From assembly GCA_018400815.1 (NCBI GenBank), contig JAGYLS010000060.1, forward strand, positions 1-10,746: a DNA stretch of 10,746 bases. Reading direction: 5' to 3'. The notes below the pieces were generated by a model. That model saw only the letters and a list, made by a program, of their open reading frames with translations, searched no databases and was not told where the DNA came from. This DNA is from Candidatus Oleincola secundus. GTDB taxonomy: Bacteria; Atribacterota; Phoenicimicrobiia; Phoenicimicrobiales; Stramentimicrobiaceae. Both the position numbers and the translations under genes were made by a program. This document shows, piece by piece, positions 1-8,254 of the stretch (position 1 is the first letter of the stretch; each line of letters opens with the position of its first letter).

Positions 1-408
1 CAGGGAGAAACAAGAGACCATTTCAAGATCCGGACCAGCAAAACAAAAAGAGAGCTGAAAATACTGATCAATGATTCTGTCAAAAAAGCACTGGAAAAAT
101 ATTTTGCCAAAGAGAAGTTCCCGGATCCGGAAGATTTTCTTTTCAAGACACAAACTAACCAGAGGCTGGACCGGATCAGGGCCTGGACTTTGATTAAAAA
201 ATGGATTAAGGCAGTAGGACTGGATCCGACAAACTACGGCACTCATACTTTAAGAAAAACCTGGGGCTATCATTCCAGGAAAAATTTTGGTATACCTATT
301 GAATTAATCTCTGAAAAACTTGGCCACAGCTCCAATGCTGTCACCAAAAGATACATCGGCATCAGCCAGGAAGAAATTAATAATATAGAAAAGAAAGTTT
401 GTCTGTAG
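1..408 (+). CDS. Tyrosine recombinase/integrase (phage integrase family), C-terminal part, 5'-truncated by the window edge
   Basis: Frame 1 is open from base 1 (QGETRDHFKIRTSKTKRELKILIND...FLFKT...), so the ORF extends beyond the 190 start in the track. It shows the catalytic signature H-x-L-R (GTHTLRKT), LGH (EKLGHSS) and the C-terminal Tyr (TKRYIG). Stop TAG at 406-408. Confidence 0.93.
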   Translation, partial: QGETRDHFKIRTSKTKRELKILINDSVKKALEKYFAKEKFPDPEDFLFKTQTNQRLDRIRAWTLIKKWIKAVGLDPTNYGTHTLRKTWGYHSRKNFGIPIELISEKLGHSSNAVTKRYIGISQEEINNIEKKVCL

Positions 409-428
409 GAAAAGCTAAGGAGTAAAAT

Positions 429-767
429 TTGAACTTTTATGATATGGTATTAAAGATAACTCAATGGACATATTGGGATTTATTCAGTACTTTATTGGCA
501 ATGTTTATTGGAATTTTCTTTACTTGGGTTTTTGCAAAACATTATTACAGCAAGGCAAACGAATACTTCAGAAGATTAAATGCAATATATAGTCGAACAC
601 TAAGTGAAATAAGTAAAAACAAATTTGAAATAATCCATGATAAAAAAGGGATGCCAACAAGGATTGTTTTTGCTTCAGGAAAAGTAAATATAAAAACAAA
701 TACAAGAGCAAAATTAAATGTAGTAAAAAATAAGGCAATAAATGAAGAAAAGCAGTACTACATCTAA
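429..767 (+). CDS. Hypothetical membrane-anchored protein, 112 aa
   Basis: AAGGAG RBS at 418-423 just before TTG 429. One hydrophobic segment (LFSTLLAMFIGIFFTWVFA) followed by a basic soluble tail. No family recognised. Confidence 0.6.
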   Translation: MNFYDMVLKITQWTYWDLFSTLLAMFIGIFFTWVFAKHYYSKANEYFRRLNAIYSRTLSEISKNKFEIIHDKKGMPTRIVFASGKVNIKTNTRAKLNVVKNKAINEEKQYYI

Positions 768-806
768 ATATTTTTTCAAAAAATATAAAAAGGGATATGG
801 TATAAC

Positions 807-2150
807 ATGACAACAACACAAATAAAAAATAAATCACCAAAACAAATTTTAACTTTATTTAAAGAAAAAAATATAGATGAAGAGTGGACTTTTGCTGAAT
901 ACAAACCATCTGATACAGGAAAATGGTCACATAGTTATCATCGTTATCCTGCAAAATTTATTCCCCAATTAGTTGAAAAATTAATCGATGAATATATAGA
1001 TAGCAAAGAAGCCCATATAAATGATCCATTTATGGGTTGCGGAACTACTATTGTTACGGCTATCTCTAGGGGAATCAGGGGCAGTGGAACTGATATCAAT
1101 AGAATATCTTCTCTTATAACCAAAGTAAAGTCCACACCAATAGAACCTGATTACCTTGGTGATAAAGTTAAAAATATATTAAAGAACCTGGAATTTTTAA
1201 ATTCTTCTCGGACCGAGAAGTTGTTTTCTAATGCAAACCTGAAACCATTATTCCCTATAAAACACCTAGAAAGAATAAATTATTGGTTCAATGAAGAAAA
1301 TAGAGATGAATTGGGGATAATATTAAGAATAATTTATAATGAAAAAGACAAAACAATACGTGATTTCTTTCTTGTAGCATTTAGCCATATTTTAAAAAAT
1401 TGTTCTAACTGGCTGCAGGCAAGTACAAAACCTACAAGAGATTTTAAGAAAAATCCTGCAAAGCCTTTTCTTATTTTTAAAAGACACTTAAAAAAAATGC
1501 AAAGAGGAAATAATAGTTTTTATCAGATAGTGTCACAAAAAGTAAAAGATAATATAGACAACTATTTAAATATCAAAATACAAGACGCAAAATTTCAACC
1601 TGCATGTGATAATGATGTAGATTTAATAGTTAGTTCAAGTCCTTATGTTACGAGTTATGAATATGCAGATTTACACCAACTTTCCACAATATGGCTTGAT
1701 TTTACTGATAATTTAACTGAGTATAGAAAAGAATTTATCGGTTCTGCTTATAAATACAGAAATGGCAATAACTTAAAAAGCGTTATAGCAAATAAAATAG
1801 TAAATAATATGCAAGAAAAAAGTGGAAAAGTAGCAGAGGAAATAAAAACCTTCTTTGTTGATATGCAAGAAGTATTCAATGAAAGCTACCGCATTTTAAA
1901 AAATGGAGGAAGGTGTTGTTATGTAATTGGCAACACTTCTTTAAGAGGCGTAAACATTTTAAATGCTGAAGTATTTGCAGAAAGTTTGCAATATTCAGGT
2001 TTTGTTCTAGATAGAATAATTAAAAGACAAATACCATCAAAAATATTGCCTCAAAAAAGAGATCAAAAAACAGGAAGGTTTGCTAGTAACCATCAAGCAA
2101 ACTCAGAGGCTTACCCAATAGAATATATCGTAATAGGCTTAAAGGAGTAA
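807..2150 (+). CDS. Amino-DNA methyltransferase, probably N4-cytosine, alpha-class motif order (447 aa)
   Basis: HRYPAKF (motif X region), DPFMGCGTT (motif I, aa 73) and VSSSPY (motif IV, SPPY-like, aa ~276), with about 200 aa of putative target-recognition region between them. Directly upstream of a restriction endonuclease gene. Confidence 0.9.
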   Translation: MTTTQIKNKSPKQILTLFKEKNIDEEWTFAEYKPSDTGKWSHSYHRYPAKFIPQLVEKLIDEYIDSKEAHINDPFMGCGTTIVTAISRGIRGSGTDINRISSLITKVKSTPIEPDYLGDKVKNILKNLEFLNSSRTEKLFSNANLKPLFPIKHLERINYWFNEENRDELGIILRIIYNEKDKTIRDFFLVAFSHILKNCSNWLQASTKPTRDFKKNPAKPFLIFKRHLKKMQRGNNSFYQIVSQKVKDNIDNYLNIKIQDAKFQPACDNDVDLIVSSSPYVTSYEYADLHQLSTIWLDFTDNLTEYRKEFIGSAYKYRNGNNLKSVIANKIVNNMQEKSGKVAEEIKTFFVDMQEVFNESYRILKNGGRCCYVIGNTSLRGVNILNAEVFAESLQYSGFVLDRIIKRQIPSKILPQKRDQKTGRFASNHQANSEAYPIEYIVIGLKE

Positions 2151-2154
2151 GAAT

Positions 2155-2841
2155 ATGGATTTTGAAGAATTAAAAAAATTGTATTTACAAAAAAAAGAAC
2201 AATATGGCGTTGATGCATATAGGTATATCTCTCAATTATTAGAAGAAGCTAAAGAAATACACAAAAAAGATTGGTCTAAAAAACCTACTAAGAGAGGCGA
2301 TCATGAACAAAGCTGGAGAGCATTTAAAGGAAAAAACTTAGAAAAAATTATTCAATTTATAATTTCAGAAGAAGTTGAAAATATGGGTTTGAAAGTAATC
2401 AATGGTAACAGCTTAGAAAGATCAAGAAAACTGCCCCTGGAGTTAAGTCAAATTAAAAGAAATTTAGCAATTGATTACGGGGAATTCGGATTACATCTAC
2501 CAGATGTAGATATTATCATTTATAATCCAAAAGATTATAAAGTTTTAGTAGTTATTTCGAGCAAAGTGACCCTTAGAGAGAGAATAGCTCAAACTGGATA
2601 TTGGAAGCTTAAATTATTAAAAGATGAGGCCACAAAACATATTAAGGTTTATTTTATCACACCAGATGAAGACGGTACTTTAAAATATAGAACTCCGGCA
2701 AAGAAAGGAAGGGCAATATTAGAAGTAGACTTAGATGGAAGTTATATTTTAACAAAAGAAGATATAGAAGAAAGTAGCAAAGTAAAATTGTTTGAACATT
2801 TTATTGAAGACTTGAAAGGACTGCTTAAAGATGAAGACTAA
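2155..2841 (+). CDS. Type II restriction endonuclease, PD-(D/E)XK fold, CCGG-family/BsaWI-like (228 aa)
   Basis: GKNLE helix, PDVD...(19 aa)...K-VTL-RER motif, matching the K-x3-R-(D/E)-R signature of the CCGG family (Ecl18kI, EcoRII-C, NgoMIV, BsaWI). RBS AAGGAG at 2142-2147 overlaps the end of the MTase gene. Exact specificity cannot be read from the sequence. Confidence 0.82.
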   Translation: MDFEELKKLYLQKKEQYGVDAYRYISQLLEEAKEIHKKDWSKKPTKRGDHEQSWRAFKGKNLEKIIQFIISEEVENMGLKVINGNSLERSRKLPLELSQIKRNLAIDYGEFGLHLPDVDIIIYNPKDYKVLVVISSKVTLRERIAQTGYWKLKLLKDEATKHIKVYFITPDEDGTLKYRTPAKKGRAILEVDLDGSYILTKEDIEESSKVKLFEHFIEDLKGLLKDED

Positions 2842-3511
2842 AAAACCAAAAATTGAAACTACAACCCTTTGGGATTTTCCAACACAAAATTATGGAGATA
2901 AAGCACATGGTGATAATAAATATTCTGGCGTAACTCCGGCCTTTATCATTTGGAATTTGATCCAAAGATACACTAAAGAGCATGACTTAGTGGTAGATCC
3001 AATGTGTGGAAGTGGAACTACTATTGATGTTTGCAAAGAAGAAAACAGAAATGTTATTGGGTTTGATATCGGTCCTTATCGAGCAGACATAAAACAAGCA
3101 GATGCTAGAACATTACCATTAGAAAGTGAAACAGTAGATTTTATTTTTATAGATTCCCCTTATTCAGACAATATAAAATATAATGATCACCCTGATAATC
3201 TTGGAAAAATATCTTGTGAAAATCCTGTATTTTTTGAAGAAATGGATAAAGTCGCACAAGAAGCTCATCGTATCCTTAGGCCAGAAAAATATGTAGCCTG
3301 GCTAATTGGAGATCAAGCAAAAAAGAAAAAATTCACTCCTGTTGGTTTTAAAATATATACTATCCTTGATAAATATTTTACACCAGTTGATCTTATATGC
3401 GTTACTAGACACAACCAAACTTCAAATACTGGCATATGGCACGAAAGAGCAAAAAGATATAATTTTTATCTCAGAGGTTTTAAACATTTAATAATAATGA
3501 AAAAGGATTGA
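2831..3511 (+). CDS. Second, compact SAM-dependent amino-methyltransferase (N6/N4 MTase-like, 226 aa)
   Basis: DPMCGSGTT (motif I, aa 56), GFDI (motif II), QADARTLP, FIDSPY (motif IV, aa 108) and HRILRP. Overlaps the REase gene by 11 bp, suggesting translational coupling. Confidence 0.85.
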   Translation: MKTKKPKIETTTLWDFPTQNYGDKAHGDNKYSGVTPAFIIWNLIQRYTKEHDLVVDPMCGSGTTIDVCKEENRNVIGFDIGPYRADIKQADARTLPLESETVDFIFIDSPYSDNIKYNDHPDNLGKISCENPVFFEEMDKVAQEAHRILRPEKYVAWLIGDQAKKKKFTPVGFKIYTILDKYFTPVDLICVTRHNQTSNTGIWHERAKRYNFYLRGFKHLIIMKKD

Positions 3512-3632
3512 AATAATTCACCTTGTGATAAAAGAGTTTACTATAAAAGAAAAAATTAATAAGGGGTATTTAAAATATTTTGGAAGACGTTTTTTATTTT
3601 AAATATAAATATTTAAAAGGAAACTTAACATT

Positions 3633-5468
3633 ATGTTTGATGTATCTAAATATATAAAGAGACAATCTTCAAAAAATCGATACCAATCACAATTAGATCG
3701 CCTTTCAAAAAAAGGGATAAATATTAAACGATTTCAAAAGGTTATAGATCAAAGTATAGATAATATAAAATCATACATAAATTCCTTTTGCATTTATGGT
3801 GACCCACAAAGTGGTAAAACAGAAATGATGATATTGCTATCCGCAAAACTTCTAGATGTAGGATACAAAATTGTAATAGTTCTAATAAATGATAATGTTG
3901 ATTTATTAAGGCAGAACCTGAAAAGATTTTCAGAATCGGGACTAGATCCTACTCCTAAAGATTTTAATGAAATTATTGATCCAAACGTTTCTATTGGTAA
4001 CCAAGAGTGGATAATTTTCTGTAAGAAAAATTCAAAAGATATGCAAAAAATTATTGAAAAAATTGGGTATATTGGTGAAAAAGTAATCATCGATGACGAA
4101 GCTGATTATGCCACTCCCAACGCTAAAGTAAATAAACAAGAACAAACAAGAATAAATCAATTAGTTCAAAGATTATTAGGTAACGGCATTTATATTGGAG
4201 TAACTGCTACCCCTGCCCGTCTTGACTTAAATAATACTTTTGATAATTCTAGTTCTCATTGGATATGTCTTGAACCTCATGAGAAATATCATGGTCAAAA
4301 TACTTTTTTTCCTTTAAATCATCATTTAGAATATGACTTACATTCTTTGCCCAATGAATATGATGATCCAAAATATTTAAGAGAGGCTTTGCTAAAATTT
4401 TTTGTAAAGACATCATATCTTAATATGAGAATAGGTAAAAATTATTGTATGCTTATTCATACGAGTGGGAAAAGAGTTGATCATTCAGAAGATTATAATC
4501 AAGTAATTCATATCTTGAATATTCTTAGCAATCAATCTCCGAAAAAAGATTTTGAAAAACTTGTTAAACAAATCTACGACATTGCAGATAAATGTTTTAC
4601 ACAAGATGAAAGGGACAAAATAATAATCTTTATTCTAGAAAATATTAAACGCAATAAAGTGGTAGTAATGAATAGTGATAGGGATAGAAAGAATTATGAT
4701 TTTACTCAAGCTACAACTCCAATATCCCTTTATACAATTGCTATAGGCGGGAATATTGTTTCTAGGGGAGTGACATTTGAAAATTTATTATCAATGTTTT
4801 TTACAAGGGATGTTAAACATAAAATGCAACAAGATACATATATACAAAGAGCAAGAATGTTTGGAGATAGGGGTGATTACCTAAAATATTTTGAATTAAC
4901 AATTCCGAAAAATTTATATTTAGATTGGCATAGATGTTTTATTTTTCATGAACTTTCTTTAAAATCAGCAATGTCGGGAAATACTCCTATTTGGATGGAA
5001 GATAGAAGAGTAAGAGCTGTTGCTCCTAGTAGCATTGATAAAACAACGGTTAAAATGGATAAAGGTGAAATGGGGTTTGCAGTATTTAATTATTCCAAAG
5101 AGGTCGAGAATGTAATAAATAATTCAAATAATAACTCTTTTATGAAACTAGATATCTTGAATAAGTTTCTCGGTAATGATTGTTTGCCTGAGTTTTTAAC
5201 AAATTTTATTAGAGATTTTAGTTATGATGGGGTAAATTCATTAGCAGTGCATCACTCAACAGATATTTCAAACCGAGGAGATGATGTAAATAAAGATACA
5301 ATTGAACGACCTAAGGGATTTATTGGAAGTTCAGAAATGGAAAAAGACAAATTCCCTCACGCTATCCATCACATTAAAATATTCTATAATTCTAAGAATA
5401 ATAAAGCAAGAATTTTCTATAGATATATTAGTAATGTTAGATTTTTAAAGAATTTAAAGAAGTTATAA
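3633..5468 (+). CDS. SF2 helicase/ATPase-like protein with Z1 domain (611 aa)
   Basis: Walker A GDPQSGKT, Walker B IIDDEADY and motif III VTATP, followed by the Z1-type segments MLIHTS, IAIGGNIVSRGVTFENL and DTYIQRARMFG. RBS AAAGGA upstream. Confidence 0.85.
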   Translation: MFDVSKYIKRQSSKNRYQSQLDRLSKKGINIKRFQKVIDQSIDNIKSYINSFCIYGDPQSGKTEMMILLSAKLLDVGYKIVIVLINDNVDLLRQNLKRFSESGLDPTPKDFNEIIDPNVSIGNQEWIIFCKKNSKDMQKIIEKIGYIGEKVIIDDEADYATPNAKVNKQEQTRINQLVQRLLGNGIYIGVTATPARLDLNNTFDNSSSHWICLEPHEKYHGQNTFFPLNHHLEYDLHSLPNEYDDPKYLREALLKFFVKTSYLNMRIGKNYCMLIHTSGKRVDHSEDYNQVIHILNILSNQSPKKDFEKLVKQIYDIADKCFTQDERDKIIIFILENIKRNKVVVMNSDRDRKNYDFTQATTPISLYTIAIGGNIVSRGVTFENLLSMFFTRDVKHKMQQDTYIQRARMFGDRGDYLKYFELTIPKNLYLDWHRCFIFHELSLKSAMSGNTPIWMEDRRVRAVAPSSIDKTTVKMDKGEMGFAVFNYSKEVENVINNSNNNSFMKLDILNKFLGNDCLPEFLTNFIRDFSYDGVNSLAVHHSTDISNRGDDVNKDTIERPKGFIGSSEMEKDKFPHAIHHIKIFYNSKNNKARIFYRYISNVRFLKNLKKL

Positions 5469-5472
5469 TATT

Positions 5473-5928
5473 ATGCAAAATTATGAATTTTTTTATGGTG
5501 CTGCTATTTTAAAGATAGTACATTCAAGGTGCTTTACAAAGATAGAAAGTTTTAGTAAAAGAAATTCAACTTATTTGTTAGATGATAAAATATCCCTTTA
5601 TATTAAGTACTCATCAAAAAGAATGCCCCCCTGGTTTTTTACTTTTGATATTGAACATGTAAGCGACATAAAAAATATGTTTTCACTATTTGGAAATGTT
5701 TTTGTAGCACTTGTTTGTAATAAGGATGGGATTTGTTGCTTAGATTGGCAAGAATTTAATACATTAATATCAGTTGAAAGTATTAATTACCCAAAGTGGA
5801 TTAGGGTTGTTAGGAAAAAGAATGAAAAATATTCAATATATAGTATTGACGGTAATTTAAAACATAAAATAGGAAATAGTGATTTTCCTAGCAAATTAAA
5901 GCTAAGTGAAAACATTCATTCCATATAA
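5473..5928 (+). CDS. Hypothetical protein (151 aa), probably co-transcribed with the Z1 protein
   Basis: Starts 4 bp after the Z1 stop. Globular-looking sequence with motifs YIKYSSKR, PWFFTF and VALVCNKDGICCL. No confident family assignment. Confidence 0.7.
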   Translation: MQNYEFFYGAAILKIVHSRCFTKIESFSKRNSTYLLDDKISLYIKYSSKRMPPWFFTFDIEHVSDIKNMFSLFGNVFVALVCNKDGICCLDWQEFNTLISVESINYPKWIRVVRKKNEKYSIYSIDGNLKHKIGNSDFPSKLKLSENIHSI

Positions 5929-5984
5929 TAAATAATATTATATTATTGCCGGAAATTTTTAAAGCTTATAAATTTATTCTTTAT

Positions 5985-6013
5985 TTGACATCCTCTTTTT
6001 TTTCATCTAAACT
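5985..6013 (+). promoter_or_regulatory. Sigma70-type promoter for the HTH-parA-parB unit
   Basis: TTGACA (5985-5990), 17-bp spacer, TAAACT (6008-6013). RBS AGGTGA at 6043-6048 precedes ATG 6056. Confidence 0.7.
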
Positions 6014-6055
6014 GTAGAAAAATATATTTATATTTATACTATAGGTGATATAGAA

Positions 6056-6286
6056 ATGCAAACATCAGAACTGTTGAAAAAAATCAATATTCCCCGCCAC
6101 AAACTTTATTATCTGGAACAAAAAGGCTACATTAAACCCAAGAGAATGCCCAAAGGAGACATTGAAGCACGAGAATATTCCGAAGAAGATTATCAAAAGA
6201 TTGAAGCAATCTGGCAATTTTTACAACGCGGGTTTAAACACAAAGTAGCCTATCAGAAAGCAATGGAAAAGCTTAATCATAATTAG
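6056..6286 (+). CDS. MerR-like/excisionase-like winged HTH DNA-binding protein (76 aa)
   Basis: MQTSELLKKINIPRHKLYYLEQKGYIKP...AREYSEED matches the MerR HTH pattern (L-x-Y-x-E-x-x-G-x-I-x-P ... R-x-Y). No effector domain. Confidence 0.8.
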   Translation: MQTSELLKKINIPRHKLYYLEQKGYIKPKRMPKGDIEAREYSEEDYQKIEAIWQFLQRGFKHKVAYQKAMEKLNHN

Positions 6287-6322
6287 GTTTAACAACAATC
6301 GAAAAGGTAGATAAATTATTTA

Positions 6323-7117
6323 ATGGTAAAATCTGTATCTAATACAAATAAAATACCTAAAATTATTGCTGTTGCCAATCAGAAAGGCGGTGTTGGCAAA
6401 ACCAATGTTGCCTTTAATTTAGCCGGTGCTCTGGCCGAAGCCGGTGAAAAGCTTCTCCTGATTGATTTGGACCAGCAGGGAAATCTTTCCTCGGCATTTC
6501 TGGATAAAATCTATGAGCTGCAATATACAATATCTAACCTCTTTTTAGAGGATAATTTAAAAATCTCTCAGGTGATCCAGAAAACCGCTTTTGAAAATAT
6601 TGATATCATCCCATCCAATATTTCCTTAAGCAAGATTGATTTGCAGCTTTCCGGTGAACCGGATGCTCAATACTTTTTGGCAGACAAGTTGGAAGACTTA
6701 AACAATAAATATTCTTATATTATTATTGATTGCCCTCCTAGCCTTGGTTTGGCTACCAGAATTGGTTTGGTTGCAGCCAAACAAGTGCTTATCCCTTTAG
6801 AATGCCAGGAATGGGCTGTTAAGGGCACAGTTTACCTAAGAGGAGCCATTAAAAAGATTCAAAGAAGAGCTAACCCTAAACTTGAAATATTAGGGTATCT
6901 GATTAACAAATATGATGGCCGCCGTAAATTAGAAGAAATATATCATGAAAATATTATTGAAAGTTTTAAAGAAAAAGTTTTTAAAGTGGAATTAAAAAAC
7001 AGCGTAAAATATACTGAAGCATCTACATTCAAAAAGCCAATCAATTATTATTTGCCTTCTTCTGAACATGCAGAAAGCTTTAGAAAACTGGCCCAGGAGA
7101 TTATTAATCATGGCTAA
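6323..7117 (+). CDS. parA: ParA/Soj family partition ATPase (264 aa)
   Basis: Deviant Walker A NQKGGVGKT, A' LIDLDQQGN and Walker B IIIDCPPSLG. Adjacent to parB. Confidence 0.95.
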   Translation: MVKSVSNTNKIPKIIAVANQKGGVGKTNVAFNLAGALAEAGEKLLLIDLDQQGNLSSAFLDKIYELQYTISNLFLEDNLKISQVIQKTAFENIDIIPSNISLSKIDLQLSGEPDAQYFLADKLEDLNNKYSYIIIDCPPSLGLATRIGLVAAKQVLIPLECQEWAVKGTVYLRGAIKKIQRRANPKLEILGYLINKYDGRRKLEEIYHENIIESFKEKVFKVELKNSVKYTEASTFKKPINYYLPSSEHAESFRKLAQEIINHG

Positions 7118-8000
7118 AAAAAAGGAAAATTTACTAAGACAATTTGCCAAAGACAGCTTTGACCCCGTAACCGAAGAAAAAGAAACAGCAGACAAACAAA
7201 AAAAAGGAATCCGGGAAGGAACTAAAGGTATTTCCGGAGCCCGCATTATTGATATAGAAAGAATTAAATCTGATCCGGACCAGCCCCGAAAAACTTGGGA
7301 TAAGAAAAAACTGAATGAATTGGCTGTCTCTATAAAAAAACACGGTGTTCTTCAGCCGATTATCGTAGAATATATCGAAGAAGAAGATTATTTTAAAGTA
7401 ATCAGTGGGGAACGACGGTATCGCGCTTCAAAAATAGCCGGCCTGGAAGAAATACCTTGTCTTATTCGTAATATTGAGCAAAGGGAAAGATTAATTCATC
7501 AATTAATTGAAAATATTCAGAGACAGGATTTGCCTCCTATTGAAGAAGCGGAATCAATTTATACTTTGATCCAGGCTAGAAAAATGGAAAATTCTATTTA
7601 TTCTCAAAGAGAGGCTTCTAAAGAATTAGGTTTACCCAAGAGTTATATTAATGAAATACTCACTTTATTAAAGCTTCCAGATGATATTAAAGAGAGTGTC
7701 CGAAATTCGGACACAGTGCCTAAGTCCTTATTATTACTGCTTATCCGCCAAAGTGATGAAAAAAATATCCGCACATTTTACCAGCAAATTAAAGAAGGCA
7801 ACCTAACGATTAAGGAAGCAAAAAAGAAAATTAAAAAAGAAAAATCCCCAACTACCCAGGGCAGGCCTAAACATTATGAATATAAGTTTGAATCACCGGA
7901 TAAAAATTTTGTCCTAAAAATTAAATTTAAAAAATCACAAGTGGATTTAGAAGAAGTAACTGAGGCACTAAAACAGGTTTTAGATATTATTAATCAGTAA
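7110..8000 (+). CDS. parB: ParB/RepB/Spo0J family partition protein (about 296 aa)
   Basis: PDQPRK, GVLQPI, CTPase arginine patch GERRYRA, ENIQRQDL and HTH (SQREASKELGLPKSYIN). Start placed at ATG 7110 (AGGAG at 7095-7099, 8-bp overlap with parA) rather than 7068. Confidence 0.93.
   Translation: MAKKKENLLRQFAKDSFDPVTEEKETADKQKKGIREGTKGISGARIIDIERIKSDPDQPRKTWDKKKLNELAVSIKKHGVLQPIIVEYIEEEDYFKVISGERRYRASKIAGLEEIPCLIRNIEQRERLIHQLIENIQRQDLPPIEEAESIYTLIQARKMENSIYSQREASKELGLPKSYINEILTLLKLPDDIKESVRNSDTVPKSLLLLLIRQSDEKNIRTFYQQIKEGNLTIKEAKKKIKKEKSPTTQGRPKHYEYKFESPDKNFVLKIKFKKSQVDLEEVTEALKQVLDIINQ
7696..7714. promoter_or_regulatory. Candidate parS site, copy 1 (inside parB)
   Basis: Perfect palindrome GTGTCCGAA-A-TTCGGACAC, repeated at 8319-8337. 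Confidence 0.7.
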
Positions 8001-8058
8001 AATTATATATTAAACCCGGTCATATTTTACTAACAGAAGCTTAAATGGAGGTACAAAA

Positions 8059-8247
8059 ATGTTCTTTAAATCATACACCTTTACCTGGTGGCAGATTGGA
8101 ATATTTAAATTGGCTTTACTGGCCATTGGTGTTGCCATAGGATCTTATTGGCATATCTTTTTCAGAGCTTATCTGGTTCCGCTGATTATTATTGCAGTAA
8201 TTGCCAGTGTATATATTATGTTTGTATCTTTGAAACAGTTGCCGTAG
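8059..8247 (+). CDS. Small two-TM membrane protein (62 aa)
   Basis: Strong RBS GGAGGT at 8048-8053. Two hydrophobic helices (IGIFKLALLAIGVAIG; LVPLIIIAVIASVYIMFV). Confidence 0.75.
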   Translation: MFFKSYTFTWWQIGIFKLALLAIGVAIGSYWHIFFRAYLVPLIIIAVIASVYIMFVSLKQLP

Positions 8248-8254
8248 AGAAAAA

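Noticed and set aside
190..408. 72-aa stand-alone protein starting at TTG 190
   Set aside because: The frame is open back to base 1; it is the C-terminus of a longer recombinase.
568..1135. Minus-strand ORFs 568-840 and 944-1135
   Set aside because: They are antisense shadows of + strand genes with low-complexity F/L/I-rich translations and no motifs.
2155..2841. Assigning a definite recognition sequence or enzyme name to the REase
   Set aside because: The RER motif suggests a CC/GG-containing site, but the family includes CCGG, WCCGGW, RCCGGY, CCNGG and CCWGG cutters; this needs REBASE comparison or experiment.
3597..3618. 10-bp inverted repeat TTTTAAATAT-AA-ATATTTAAAA upstream of the Z1 gene
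   Set aside because: It is short and A/T-only in a very AT-rich intergenic region, so it is plausible by chance.
3306..4090. ORFs 3306-3491 (+, alternative frame) and 3794-4090 (-)
   Set aside because: They lie entirely within the well-supported MTase2 and Z1 genes and show no recognisable features.
7068..7109. ParB start at 7068 as given in the ORF track
   Set aside because: It would overlap parA by 50 bp. ATG 7110 has an AGGAG RBS and the usual short parA/parB overlap.
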